DNA of 64,000 nucleotides from Rhodosorus marinus CCMP1338 (lineage: Eukaryota > Plantae > Rhodophyta), in assembly GCA_029953675.1 (NCBI GenBank), contig JAMWBK010000008.1:682001-746000 (forward strand). Reading direction: 5' to 3'. How positions within the stretch are numbered: the first letter of the stretch is position 1; each line of letters starts with the position of its first letter. Below the pieces are notes generated by a model. It had not been told where the DNA came from. It did not search any database and worked only from the letters and a program-made list of their open reading frames with translations. Position numbers and translations under genes: made by a program. Shown one piece after another: positions 52,080 through 64,000 of this stretch.

Positions 52080-52454
52080 TCAATACTCTGAGGGAAGCAG
52101 CCTGGCACCGAGAATGGCGGCCAGGATCCCAGCAACATTACTGACGAAAAGGTACATCCCGGCAGCGTTCAAATCTTTGGCCTTCATAAGCCCTGCCGCG
52201 TACACAGTGTACGTGGAAAACGTTGTGAAGCTACCACAGAAGCCGACCCCAACCAAAAGCCTCGCTCTATCCGACAGACCCTTTGATGAACTTGCCGCTC
52301 CGAGGACAAAGGATCCTAGTGTATTTACACCAACAATATTCCAAGGACTGATCGCAGCTGTTCTTTCCCATTTTGTCACGCCATATCTCGCTAGCGCACC
52401 ACCCACAGCTCCCAAGCTCACAGCCACCAAGTCCATGATCCCCTCGAAAGTCAT
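52080..52454 (-). CDS. crcB: Fluoride channel Fluc/CrcB-family protein, single domain
   Basis: GALARY, NTLGSF and GFCGSFTTFST in a 124-aa ORF with four hydrophobic segments. An upstream exon near 52566-52655 is possible. Confidence 0.88.
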   Translation of the reverse strand: MTFEGIMDLVAVSLGAVGGALARYGVTKWERTAAISPWNIVGVNTLGSFVLGAASSSKGLSDRARLLVGVGFCGSFTTFSTYTVYAAGLMKAKDLNAAGMYLFVSNVAGILAAILGARLLPSEY

Positions 52455-52754
52455 CTAGAACCCTAACCCACCTCAAGCCCTGCCCCGACAATAGGAAGAA
52501 CTTTGGATCACAACAGAAGCCAAACCCAACAAACGTCTTCCCAATCGAAGCTGGTGTGTACGAACGCTTGGGGAGGGATGCAAGGCCGCCTGTTGAGACG
52601 AAGCCGAAAAATTTCCTGATGAAGACTTTGTCAAAGTGAAAAGCTGAATAGACATTCTCTAGACCCAGAGTCAATGGTCTCAGCCAAGTCCCCCTGCTGT
52701 AACTAGGACTCGAACGTCTCGCTGTGAAGACTTTATCATCATATTACCGACTAC

Positions 52755-52890
52755 GTCGATGACCGCTCCGTTTCTCCAGAGACGAGTCGATTGCCGCTCT
52801 GTTTCTCCAGAATGAAGTCGATGACCGCTCGATGACCGCCCTGTTTCTCCAGAACCAAGTTGATGACCGCTCAGTGACCGCCCTGTTCCC
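52755..52890. repeat. Degenerate minisatellite (4 units, about 31-41 bp)
   Basis: Recurring GATGACCGCYC and GTTTCTCCAGA blocks. Confidence 0.85.
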
Positions 52891-53292
52891 CTTGTGAAAC
52901 TGACGCTTCCATACTAGGTCGATTTTCCCGAAATAGGTAGGCGCAACAGAAGTTGAGCTTGCACACCAGTTAGAGTATTAAGAGGGCTCGACTGCCCGTG
53001 CCACGGACGATAGTGGCTTCGTTGCTAGTGTGAGGTCACCTTCCTGTTTGATATGGTTCCACTGATTGTTGCGAGCCTAGAACTCAAGACTGCCACCATG
53101 AAAATGCTACAATTGAATTACGCCTTTGTGTAGTCTGCCATTAGATAGTCAAAAGGGCAAAAACTCGAGGCGGGCTATTGCACGAGGTTATGGGAGTGAA
53201 GCTGTTCCAGTTTCGTGGAGCCAATACACTTTTAATTACAACATGACTGAGCCAATTTTAGCTGATGCATAAAAAGTTTTTTTCTGCGACAT

Positions 53293-54476
53293 CTAATCGA
53301 AGAGACTGAAGCCCATATCGTCGTCCTCCTCTTCTTCCTCCTCGGCCGGCTTCTCAGCCTCAGCGGCACTGGCCTCTGCTGCCGGCGCGGCGGCAGCGGC
53401 TGGTGCGGCCGCGGCCGCGAATGCTTCAGGGTTTGCCAGCATCTCCTTAATGGTCTCCGCCTCCTTGGGAGTGTAGTCGATCTCCAGCGAAATACTGATG
53501 ATATCCTCCAAACCGTTCTTGATCGAGTGCGGAACAGATGTCTCCGTCGGGTAGCCGATCTCAAGAGAGATAGCCGCGATATCCTCAAGTGCAGACTTGA
53601 CGTTGGCAATGTGATAAGGTTCGGAAAGCTGTGTCGGGTAGTCTGCACCAATAGACAGACCCTGTACGTTTCCCAGCACAGCCTTGATTGACTCGATCAT
53701 ATCTTCGTCCTTGATATCCAGCACCTTGGGAGAGAAGACATTGCCCTTCTCGTAGATCTGCACAAGCCCCAGACCATATGAAAACGGTCGGATGCTCAAC
53801 TTCTGCAAAAGGGCGACCTCAGAACTGCCCACCTACGATAGACGAAAGAGTCCAGAAGCAGTCCAATGGTTAGCAATAGCTTCAACGGAACCTCCAGTCA
53901 AGCCCAATATAAGGCCAGATACCGCGAAAGTCAAAGCTACTGTCAAGGAAGTCGCAAACAGGTTATTGTCCATGAAACCAAACCCACCTTTTGTCCCTCC
54001 TTCAGCAGCGCAACCTCATGTTGGATTTCGATCTGACCACGACTGATCTTTGTCGGAATGTTAAGAGCCTGGAAGAAGGACGTCATGCTCGGATCCATTC
54101 CAGTTGGACCCGGAGGAATGTTGACATCACACTGAGCAAAGGTTCCTGCCTTTGCTGCGGCGGGTACAACGTGCGTACGCAAGAGCTCACGGATATCTGT
54201 AGCATCTGCCTTTGTGAAGATGAACCCAATGTTACCCTCAATATGCTCTAAAAGAGACTCAAGCTCGGGCTTTTCTTCCATGTTATCCCGGAGCACCTTC
54301 CTGATCATAGTATTCTTCCCCATGATCATCTCAGAATTCTTTCTGAAAGCCTTTCTCAGACCTTGAAGCTGCTTCGACCCCACGTTGTCCGCGGAAACAA
54401 TAAGCATGCGCTCATAGTTGTCGAAAAGCCCCAGCAGCCTTTCGAAGAAAACGGCCTTATTTTCCTTCTTCACCAT
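53293..54476 (-). CDS. RPLP0: 60S acidic ribosomal protein P0 (uL10), one intron at 53833-53987
   Basis: ADNVGSKQLQ, MGKNTMIRK, GPTGMDPSMTSFFQALNIPTKISRGQIEI and the tail EEEDDDMGFSLFD. Confidence 0.98.
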
Positions 54477-56679
54477 TCTGAAAAACTACTCAACGAAAAA
54501 AACACCAAAAGCTCTTCCTCCTCCTTAGTCCTTCACCCAAACACAACACACACACAAAAACCCCAAAAACAAAACAAATTACCGAAAGCTGTGTGCAACA
54601 AATTAAGGCCTAAATGCCAGTCAACACACTTATGCTTCCTAAACTAAAAAGTACCCTCCCCCCACCCCCCCCCCCCCAAAAAAAACAAAAAATCCCACGC
54701 AATATCTTTTCCTGCCCTGCCCACTCTCGTTCATCTCCCCCAAACATCAAAAGTCATTGATCCTCTATCAACGCAAAAAAGCTTCTCGCAAACCACTTTG
54801 CGTCCTTCGTCAATTACGGTTGATGGAAGACGTCGACGCTCCGAAAACACCAAAAAACGCCGCATTGTATTCCAATAGCTACTATTTCTTTAACAAAACA
54901 TGCTTTGAATGACCGTCCTGAAAAGAACTTAAAAACATGATTTTCCGCCGCCGTCCCACGGGGAGGTGGGGTATGAAAATTTGAAGAATATTGTCCGGGT
55001 GGGTTTATTTAGAATATAGGTCTAGAATAAGATCTTCCGGACGAGTTTTATTCTGTTTTTGAGGTTGTATGGGCTATTTGAAGGAATCGGAGGGGATTGT
55101 ACTTTTAGATATTTAGGAGCCTTTTGGGGAGGGACTCAGGCAGAATATAATGAATAAACTTTATCGAGGTCTAGTTTTGGTAGAATGTGGTTTGGGTGTG
55201 GAGCGGCGCAACTGTTTTTTTAGTTGATTTCATGTTGTATTTCTGCTGAACATCGAGGCTTGGTGTCTGCATCAGGGTTGCTCCGGAGATGCTTTGGCGG
55301 TGGTGATCAAACCAAACTGTGTTTCGTTGCTGGCCTGTAGGATAATACTGTTGTCTTCGCAGGATCTGTATCTTGCGCTTAGAATTTTTTGCGTTTCTCT
55401 TCCGTAGTACCTTGTCAATCACATTAGCAGCGAACCCCTGAGCACGTCTTCCACCACAATGAGCAGCAGTTTCATGCTACCGTCACCAGATGTGAACGTT
55501 CGGGATCCCATTTAGTGCGAGAAGTCCTTTTCGAGACCCCCTCATAGCGTTCGCACCAGCTACGTTTCCACTTGTGTATGAATTCTGGGTAGCCATCACA
55601 TCGCGTTGGACTGCGGTATGCTCTTAATGCTAGGATTCCACCAACCACAAGCCCAAGGTGTCCAAAGCTCGAGTACTGACAACTGCAGGAAGCTCGACAC
55701 AGCCAGTACCCATCAATTCAAATGAAATCCCGAAATGGTGATCGTAAATTCAAGGGCGATTCATGAACAAAAGCGATGAAGACAGGCCCCCCAACTTTTG
55801 GGTGCACAACAAACAAGCTTTCGTAAGTGCGAACCAGCAGGTAAACCAGAGGATTACGGTTCAGCAAAAACAAGTGAGAGGAAAAATAGCAGGTAAAGAA
55901 AAGAATCATGGTTGCACTAGCAACAAGCAAGAGGAAAAAACCATCAGGGCAATAGGGGACTCCTCGTCATGTGCGCCACGGGAAAAGAGGAAACTATTCT
56001 AGGTCTACTTCAGGGTCACCGACAACAGTAGTCGATTTCTTTCTTTCTAAGCTGTTTTTCAATTTCGGCAAAATAAAGTATATATTTTCATCCAAGTTTC
56101 AAAGCCTGATGTCGAAACCCTCAAACATGGTACTTGAGACCCACAAACTTGGAAGCGCCGCCAATACTCTTTTCACACAAGAAGAAACTTGGCATTAAAA
56201 ACGGACATTAGGATCGACCTAGATATATCTATTTTATTTAGCAAAGTGAATAATGGAATCCCCCGAAAAGGTTAACATTTGATCGAATTCATCTCGATAA
56301 CTTCAAATTCTTTGGAAAATGGGATATCGGTGATCACCAATCAGATTGGTCCAGCGACTGAAACTTGTAAAAATAGAGTGGACGCTCATTTATTGAAAAC
56401 TGGATGAAATTGTAATGATTTTCCGAAATCCAACGGAATTTTCTAAGACACGGACACAGCGCTGTGAAGTAGCTTCATTTTGACGACCATAGTGGAGGAT
56501 ACTTTTTGCTACCACGAAGAGATAGAATCCGGACTTTGATGAAGCGGATAAGTGCGCACCAGGAGAAGGTAGTATTCAGTTACAAGGGGACGATAACGAC
56601 AGTGAACCCTTCATCATAAAAAGAAAAAGAAACCCTGTTGCCCTGGGGGCTCTTGAGGGGTGCCCACGTAGTCCATTGA

Positions 56680-57405
56680 ATGTCGAAAACTTCAACTGCA
56701 GGTAGTCCACACTCCGATTCTGTATCTTTTGGTAGAGAAGCATCCTCCGCAATGGTCGCCCAACATGTCCTGGGGCCTCGGACGACCCTATGCAGTGGTG
56801 AAAAAGCTACCCGCGAGGTCGATCTTGCATTTCCGTTTTTATTTGGAGCTGTTGACGAAGAAATCACTTGCCTGAAAGTGACCCCGAGTGCGACCACGTG
56901 CAGAAGGTCCGCCTGTGGGATCCGTACCCGGATGGGGCGGAGCATGTGTATAAAGAGACTTTGCAAAGCACTGGTTCATCCCACATTCTGGATGGGGCTC
57001 ATAAGCAGAGGAAGATCTCAGTAGACAAAGTGAGCTTGTTGGGGTTTATTTGGTTAAGAGGCCTTGAACATAATGCGTAATATTATCAGTAGGATAAGAC
57101 TACGTGCATTACGCTGCGTGTGTCAGTACACCTGTGGATCTTGCTTAGGGTCCTATCAGCTCAAGGTTGAAGCGCTGGATGACGAGACAGACGATACAGA
57201 AGACAGTGCGGAGGATTCGCTTGGAGGAAAAGGAAGGCCTCGACGGGAACCCCTCGGAATTAGTAGAGGAGACTCTGCGAGGGGGAGTCGTCAAGAATTA
57301 TCGTTTCATGTCAGAACCGAGGTCAGACTCAGGAGAGCGGTTTCCCAACAAGTAGGAACAGACCTGAATAAGAAAGTCACACATGGGTTATGCTTGCTAG
57401 GTTGA
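56680..57405 (+). CDS. Hypothetical protein (exon-like segments)
   Basis: Protein-like frames PESDPECDHVQKVRLWDPYPDG.. and LKVEALDDETDDTEDS.. are separated by a GTGAG donor. No family recognised. Confidence 0.25.
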
Positions 57406-57746
57406 ACAGTCCATGCCAGTCATTCTGTGTGAGCTTTATTTGCAACGACGCGTCTACGATGAAGCACTGCGTGAAAAAGGAAGGGGAATGTTCGACATTC
57501 GATGGCATGCCAAGATATGGCCCAAAATGAGGCGCGTCGATCAGCTGGTCAGCGGGTACTCCATGCTTTTGTATTAAAGCAGAGTACCGACCTGCAGCAC
57601 GTTGAAATCGGAACTCTTGCGCAGGGGTATAGTCTTGTAAGAAAGGATAGCGTTTCACTTTTAATAATAGGAGGTTCCGTGGAAGAAATATTCACAGTGC
57701 TTTCGGTGTCAGATTCAGGGCAATTATCGTTTCAAGTCGAACCCGC

Positions 57747-58076
57747 CTACCGGTATTTGTTTCTATCCGATCCTAGTTCATTTCTCAAGGACGCGATTCT
57801 GTCCGTCATCTCCTGAGCTCTAGCTCTGAGTAGCTCCAAGTACCTAGTCTTTAGTGCGCGCGAAACTTTCGCAGATTTTCTGTTCTTCAGCTTATTTGCA
57901 TCAAGTTTCGAAATACCCTGGAGGCTCCCCAACTTCCTCGTCTCCTCTCTATCTAGCTCCTCTGCGTACAAGGTGGCCTCTCTTCGACATTCCTCCTCCG
58001 CCCTCGACATTGCAGGCTGATCCTTGAAAATCTTCGCCCGATCACCAATGCTGTTGTTGTTCTTCTGCTTCACCAT
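57747..58076 (-). CDS. bZIP transcription factor (first exon; probably spliced further 3')
   Basis: Basic region KLKNRKSAKVSRALKTRY (N-x7-R) is followed by the heptad LELLRARAQEMTDRIASLRNEL. Confidence 0.75.
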   Translation of the reverse strand: MVKQKNNNSIGDRAKIFKDQPAMSRAEEECRREATLYAEELDREETRKLGSLQGISKLDANKLKNRKSAKVSRALKTRYLELLRARAQEMTDRIASLRNELGSDRNKYR

Positions 58077-59225
58077 GACTTCCGAAACCTCCCCAAAACA
58101 CCTTCTCCCCAACCACCCAAACACCAGAGGAACATAACCCACTCCCGCTCCCTCCCCTCAACCCTCCCCAAACCCACCACCCTCACGAAAAAGTTAACAA
58201 CAAAGCATACCCCTACCTCCTTCTCAAAAAACTTGCCCAGCAGCACGCAGTCACGTACAAAATCCTGTTCACATTCTGCCGGTCCATACCACAACTCTTC
58301 TCATTCCATCCCCGATCCCCCCCCTTCAAACCCTCCCAACCCTTCTTCCTTGTAAACCAAAAAAACACCATCAGGGTCCCGATGAGAAGAAAGTTCTACC
58401 CGCTTTTAAAGAGCTTCACCCCACCATCCTAACACTACTAACCAACAAGAAAATACTAAATTGTAAATTCCTCGTGTCGGCTGTGTGTATACAGCGAGGA
58501 AAAAAAGAAGAATTTGGTTCGGACGCTTTTCTTCTTCTTTACAAATACCAACAAAAAATACCCAAAAGAAACCATGCGGAAAATTTTAAAAACATGTACA
58601 CCTCCTCCTTAGCTGGAAAGAACTTCAAAAAGTAGTAGAAAAACCACTGACGCCGCCCAGTTCCCAAAGGCTTCAGGCTTGGGCGAAACCTTTATCAATC
58701 TATTTTATTCGATAATTAAGCATCTTCATCGTTGTTAAACCCAGCGAGAGTTTCCAAAGCTCATCTAAATTTTTTTTCTGACTTAATCGGATTTTTTACC
58801 GTACGAAATGAACGGAAAATTTGATGAGGTTTCCATCACCAGATGCCCTGGCTCAAATATTATTAAAAACTAAGAAAAATAAGTATATTTCTGGGTTATG
58901 CAGCCGAGTCCCATTGTATCAACGTATAAATAGTTGATATATTTCTCCGCGTTTTTTTGTTAGTGGGCAGTCAATACATGTTTTTGGAGGGGTTGGACAC
59001 CGGGTATATGACTATAGTGCGTGTATCCTGTTGAATTGATCTAAAAAGAATTATATCGGCCTCTGTTTTTGTGCTGTCAGCAATCGGGGATGACGTTGGC
59101 AGCTAGACCGACCAACCAGTAGTAATAAGAGGGGGAGGCCGGTTCGGGAAGCGGTTCGTTTTTGTTCTTTTTTGTTTCCTGCATCGATTTTAAGATGAAA
59201 CTCTGCTAATCCCCTCTATTTTATA

Positions 59226-59619
59226 TCTGGTGAACGATACGTTATCTACCCAAATGCTCGGTTTTGCTGAGCTGGGAATCGAGGTCGATCCCTAGAAGTT
59301 TTGAATGGTCCCGAGGACGTTTTTCTTCCTCTCCTTTGGTCGACTACCTAGAGCGTTCTCGGAACTTTGCTGCGTTCCTGATGAAGTGTTTGCTTTTTAA
59401 CAGGAGCGTGGAGCGGGCAGGCCGATGTGATTTTGAGAGGAAACTCCACTAGAAAAAAAATCAAGAAGTTTCCTAAACCCATCTATCTTCTTTCTGGTGA
59501 ACGATCTGTGTGTCCAACCGCTCGGTTTTTCAGAGCAGAGCTTTGCTGGGAATCGAGGTCTATCCTCGTTTTTTTTAAATGTGTCCCAAGGATGTTTTTC
59601 TTCCTCTCGTTTGGTCGAC
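59226..59619. repeat. Degenerate direct repeat, about 120 bp x2, about 270 bp apart
   Basis: Shared blocks TCTGGTGAACGAT, GCTGGGAATCGAGGTC, GTTTTTCTTCCTCTC and TTTGGTCGAC in 59226-59344 and 59493-59619. Confidence 0.85.
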
Positions 59620-60549
59620 GTCGAGCGATTGGGTTAACTCGTGAGGAACGCATTGAGTTGTCTGGGAACCAGGTAGCATCAATTTTTTTGGAGGTGAGAA
59701 CCCTTCTCATCACCACTCGGAAGTTTGGCGAGTCCAAACACCGGATCGCTCCCAACTACCGTAACAAGCCACAGTCCTTGTCCTTGTAACTGCAATCCAT
59801 TGAGAGCGGCATTCCCTCCAAAAAGCAACTTTTTACTGAGGGATGACCTGCAATCGCCCCGGCAGGGGCTGCTTGCGACGTTGATATCTCAAGAAGCTAT
59901 GATGGGTCTCTCTCGACTCGACTACACGAAAAAACGACGGCTGAAACTATTCGAAGCCCGTAAGTCCAATGGGGTCATTCCCTAAACTGACGAACATCTC
60001 AGTTAAAGGAGCGTGTCCCCTCGCCACCGAAAGAAGTTCGTCAGCAGCATGGCCACCGCGCACTCTCCAAACCCCATAAACCGAAAAAACTCACTAGGAC
60101 AGCCATAGTACTAATTTAGCCAATCAAAGCGCTATTTAATGATATATATCCAATTAACATCAGAAACAAGAAATTAACCAATGAAAAACGATCTTAGGAT
60201 TTGAAGGGTAGATAGTATCCAACCCAAATAAACTATTGGTTTTCTTTAATCCAATGAAAAGACCTAATTCATCATCGTGTTCCAATTAAGAGACTTTATA
60301 CTGAAAGGTAGTCGAATAAGAAATCTAAGATATATGAATGGATAAAATATGAGCTAGTATCCAATGAAAATGTTTGAACAAATACAAAGACATATATCTC
60401 GTCGCAGATAGGTTCCAGTATGTGAACTATGGATGGGGGATTGCTTTGACTGAGAGTTGGCGAGCATGGCTTGCTGGCGTCGATGTCCTGAGCGGGATTG
60501 TCGTTGAAATCTTCTATTAGAGTTAGGTATTAGAGACTCTGTTTCTAGG

Positions 60550-63431
60550 ATGAAGCCTTTTTTCGGCGATGATAGTGACGAAGAGACTGGGAGAAGGAAA
60601 GGCCCGGAGGATGATGATGATGAGGACCATGAAAGACCGAGTTCGAAGCGCGCGAAGTTGGGTCCTGGAGATGGAGATGAAGAAGACGACCTCGATGCTT
60701 ATATGGCCGAGATCAATCAACAAGTAATAGAATGGTTTGAAGAAATGCGCTTCTCTCTGTAGTGCTCGAGCTTTTGGACTTAAAACCCTGCAAACTTGCT
60801 CGATGGTTGTAGGCGAAGGACAACGCATCGAAACGAAGAGTAGAACCAACCCCGTTCGAGAAGGAGGAAGACGATGACCCTGTCACGAGCTACATGGCGT
60901 TTCGCGAAGAAAAGGCAGTGGAAGTTGCCACTGCCGCGAAAGGTACGTTTTCCCATTCCTCTGGACATGGGCGAGCGGTTTTAGCCCGGATTGTGAGGTT
61001 TTTACGACGATATGGATACCCATATTTGAGGCGACATGCTGTTTCTGTCAAGTACTATCTGAGGGAACAAGTACTGTCTCAGGGAAACACGACCCTGACC
61101 GATCACGGCTCCTCAGACTATACATCGCAATGAGAACAATTGGTTTCATGCCTTGCCTTTGATTAAGTTGGTCTACCGATCCCTAAAACCTCCGCGATTG
61201 TTCCTCTTATTGCTTGGTAAACATAGAGGCTGAAGATTCAGGGGCCTCTGAGAGCAACGCCACAGACAGTGGTGCGGAGGAGGAAGGAGGAGAGCCAAAG
61301 AAGAAATCAATCGCCAGCGTTGCGGCGCTCGATCACGACGGAATTGATTACGCAGCTTTTCGCAAGGAGTTTTATAAAGCTCATCCAGATATCGCGGCCC
61401 TTTCTCCTCAGGAGGTGTACGAACTCAGAAAGGAGCTCGGTAAGCGCTTGGATACGAGAACCACGTCCCAACTTCTGAGCGTCGAAGAATATCGACTCAC
61501 AAACACTATACTGGAACTGTGTGCTGAGCCGTGCTTGCCGATCTTACCTTTCAGGAGTTAAAGTCTCGGGCTCGGGTGCGATTCCAGCTCCTGGTAGAAC
61601 TTTTGCAGAACTGAACAGCCTCGGCCGCGAACTTCTCGATGCGGTTAAGCGACACGGCTATGAGATCCCCTCTGAGATTCAGTCTCAAGCCATCCCGATC
61701 ATTATGAGTGGCCGAGACGCTATTGGAATAGCCAAGACGGGCTCTGGAAAGACGGTATCGAACCTACTACCCATACACAAATACGAAATGGAATACAGCC
61801 GATGTGGAGCATGCGGATGAAAACTTTTTACAGGCAGCGTTTGTACTACCTTTGCTGGTACACGCGATGGATCAGCCGCGAATTGGTCAGTCAGAGGGAC
61901 CTATAGGGCTTATCGTAGCACCGACGAGAGAGCTTGCACATCAGATTGCTCACGAAGCGAAGCGTTTTGGAAAGAGCCTTGGCATAAAGGTTACGCTTAT
62001 TGTCGGCGGTGATCCAAAGTTCGAACAGGTACAGAGCAACGGACTGCAAAGCCTACTAGTCTGGTCCCCCACTTGTCACTGGCAGCCGGTAAAGCCTTGC
62101 TTGGGGAGTTAATCCGCGCGTGACTGGATCTCGCTGACAGTCTGCTCATGCTTTTTTCCATAGTTTAAAGCCTTACGCGACGGGGGAGCGGAGATTGTTG
62201 TCGGCACCCCCGGAAGGCTTTTGGACATGGTGAAGATGAAGGCATGCACTTTCAAGCGGTGTACATATCTGGTGCTTGACGAAGCGGACCGAATGTTTGA
62301 TATGGGTTTCGAGCCTCAGGTTAGGTCGGTAATAGGACAGATTCGACCAGATCGGCAGACAGTGCTATTCTCCGCTACCTTTAAGCCAATGGTGGAGCGC
62401 CTTGCAAGCTCCGCTCTGCAGAATCCAGTGAGTACTTCGTTCGTGTCTTCACGTGCAAAAGCGCATGAGTAGCTGCGCGGCTAATTATGGACCGGGGTTG
62501 TACCTGTTTCATCGCTTAGGTCCGAATCGTCGTCGGATCGGTTGGTGCTGTGAACGAAAACGTTAAGCAGATTGTTGAGGTTTTCGGAAATGATGATCAA
62601 AAGTTTCAATGGCTCAAACAGAGGATTCCGCAGCTGTCGAGTGAAGGTGGAGTTGTGTGAGTTGCAGCTCAGTCAGCGATTTCTGCCCGCTTGCTTTACA
62701 TGCGGATTCGTAGAGCTTCACCCGCTAGTTTTTTCTTTAACCTCAAGTTTCTCAAGCTTTGTCAACTTTTTACGCTTCTTTTCGACCTCAGAATTTTTTC
62801 GCTCACCAGAGGAGGCTGTGCTGAGCTGGCAAATAATTTGAGAGCGGCTGGGTTCCCCACTTGTTCAATTCATGGAGAAACAGATCAAGCTGATCGTGAA
62901 GGTATGATGAGGATGTTCAAGAGACAAGAGGTCAAACTGCTTGTTGCAACGGATATAGCTGCAAGAGGACTGGACATTAAACATGTAAGTACAAGTCCCT
63001 CATTAGCAGTTCTGTCCTCTCGGCAATTGAGGGGACGTCCATTCATTGACGCCCTTGGTCCTTCACTTGATCTCTCCTCTGCGCAGGTGAAGAACGTTAT
63101 CAACTACGAACCGGCGAAGAATATCGATTGGCACACTCATAGGATTGGTCGAACCGGTCGTGCTGGACAGAAAGGGACTGCATACACGCTCCTTACGGCG
63201 AGAAACTCAAACTTCGCTGAGCTTTTGATGCGGAGTTTTCAAAAAAGCGATCAACCCGTGCCCCCAGCCCTTGCGGCTTTGGCCTCCAGAAAAAGCGGAG
63301 CTCCCCGCGGGGGTCGCGGTCGTGGTTTTACCTTCGACAAAAGGGGTCGAGGTCACAGGGGTGGCAGAGGTGGTCGGGATGGAAATGCCGGCTCCCGGAC
63401 GAACATAAGTTTCGTTAGAAGTTCCGAATAA
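60550..63431 (+). CDS. DDX42: DEAD-box RNA helicase, DDX42-like (multi-exon)
   Basis: [24 protein letters not shown]-motif [26 protein letters not shown] and [10 protein letters not shown]. Confidence 0.9.
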
Positions 63432-63635
63432 ATGTTTTATTTTTTCCCGCTTCGTTACGGATTCCTCCATGTCCTTCGGTAAGGGGCACTTCCCCAACAT
63501 GCGCTCTAGTAAGAAAAGCGCCTGTGAAACAGAAAGTACCCAATGGTGTTGCTAATAACCAAGTTCGGAAACGAAAGAGAAAAAAGAGAGTGGCAAACTA
63601 TGGTGAAGGTCACATATGCACGTCCCGGCCACCCT

Positions 63636-64000
63636 TCAGCCTTTCGGCTCTCTGCTCGCCTTCTTCAATCGGGACTTCAGATCATCATCTAATTGAATGT
63701 CCATTTCAATTGCGTTCCTCGCGAGTTCTCGCGCACCGTCAAATCGGTTCTTCTTTAAAAGTGCGATGATAAGAGCTGTGAAAGTAACCTCGTTTGGTTC
63801 TGTTTCATCCGTTCGAAGGTCATGAAACGCCATGATAGCTTCGTCCAGTTCATCAGCGCGAATCAGAGCATTGACAAGTGCGGTATATGTATGCGTGTTC
63901 CTTCGTATTCCTCTCGCTTCCATCTGAAAGAAAGCTTCCTTCGCTCCATCGCCGTCGCCCGCCCGACCTAGGGCGTGTATCAACACCGCATACGTATGTG
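63636..64000 (-). CDS. Pentatricopeptide repeat protein, 3' part (truncated by the window edge)
   Basis: Three repeats of about 35 aa: TYAVLIHALGRAG, TYTALVNALIRAD and TFTALIIALLKK. Confidence 0.9.
   Translation of the reverse strand, partial: HTYAVLIHALGRAGDGDGAKEAFFQMEARGIRRNTHTYTALVNALIRADELDEAIMAFHDLRTDETEPNEVTFTALIIALLKKNRFDGARELARNAIEMDIQLDDDLKSRLKKASREPKG

Noticed and set aside
52755-52890. Possible CRISPR-like repeat array
   Set aside because: The units are degenerate and contiguous without unique spacers, no cas genes are present and the context is eukaryotic.
53833-53987. Relatively long RPLP0 intron as a snoRNA host
   Set aside because: No C/D boxes or convincing H/ACA layout seen.
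59315-59400. U3 snoRNA-like GAGGAAGA (box C') and ACTTCATCAGGA on the - strand
   Set aside because: It lacks the CAGGATCA complement to 18S, and boxes B, C and D are not in the required order.

Overview
Gene-dense, intron-rich eukaryotic nuclear DNA with short GT-AG introns (mostly about 45-155 nt where I traced them). The 18S sequence and the 'M-x-x-F-V' transit-peptide-like N-termini suggest a red alga, probably unicellular; this is inference, not a database match. About 20 protein genes are recognisable: a GT28/MGDG-synthase-like enzyme, E2F, a CsgA-like SDR, a membrane-anchored subtilase, plastid GPAT, an OPT transporter, HAP2/GCS1, an RmlD-like reductase, TMEM120, H2B, mL41, an alpha-COP/TTRAY-C-terminal-like protein, a glycosyltransferase, a Zn-ribbon+RRM protein, a WD40 protein, a kinase-like phosphotransferase, Fluc, RPLP0, a bZIP, DDX42 and a partial PPR. 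One complete 18S-5.8S-28S rDNA unit sits alone between protein genes. Both of its flanks carry same-strand arrays of a TCAGGG(T) motif. Its 3' spacer contains a head-to-tail chimeric copy of two gene segments lying about 15 kb downstream, one of which includes intron sequence. Gene boundaries were spliced by eye and are approximate, especially the 5' ends. No CRISPR array, tRNA or intact transposon could be supported.
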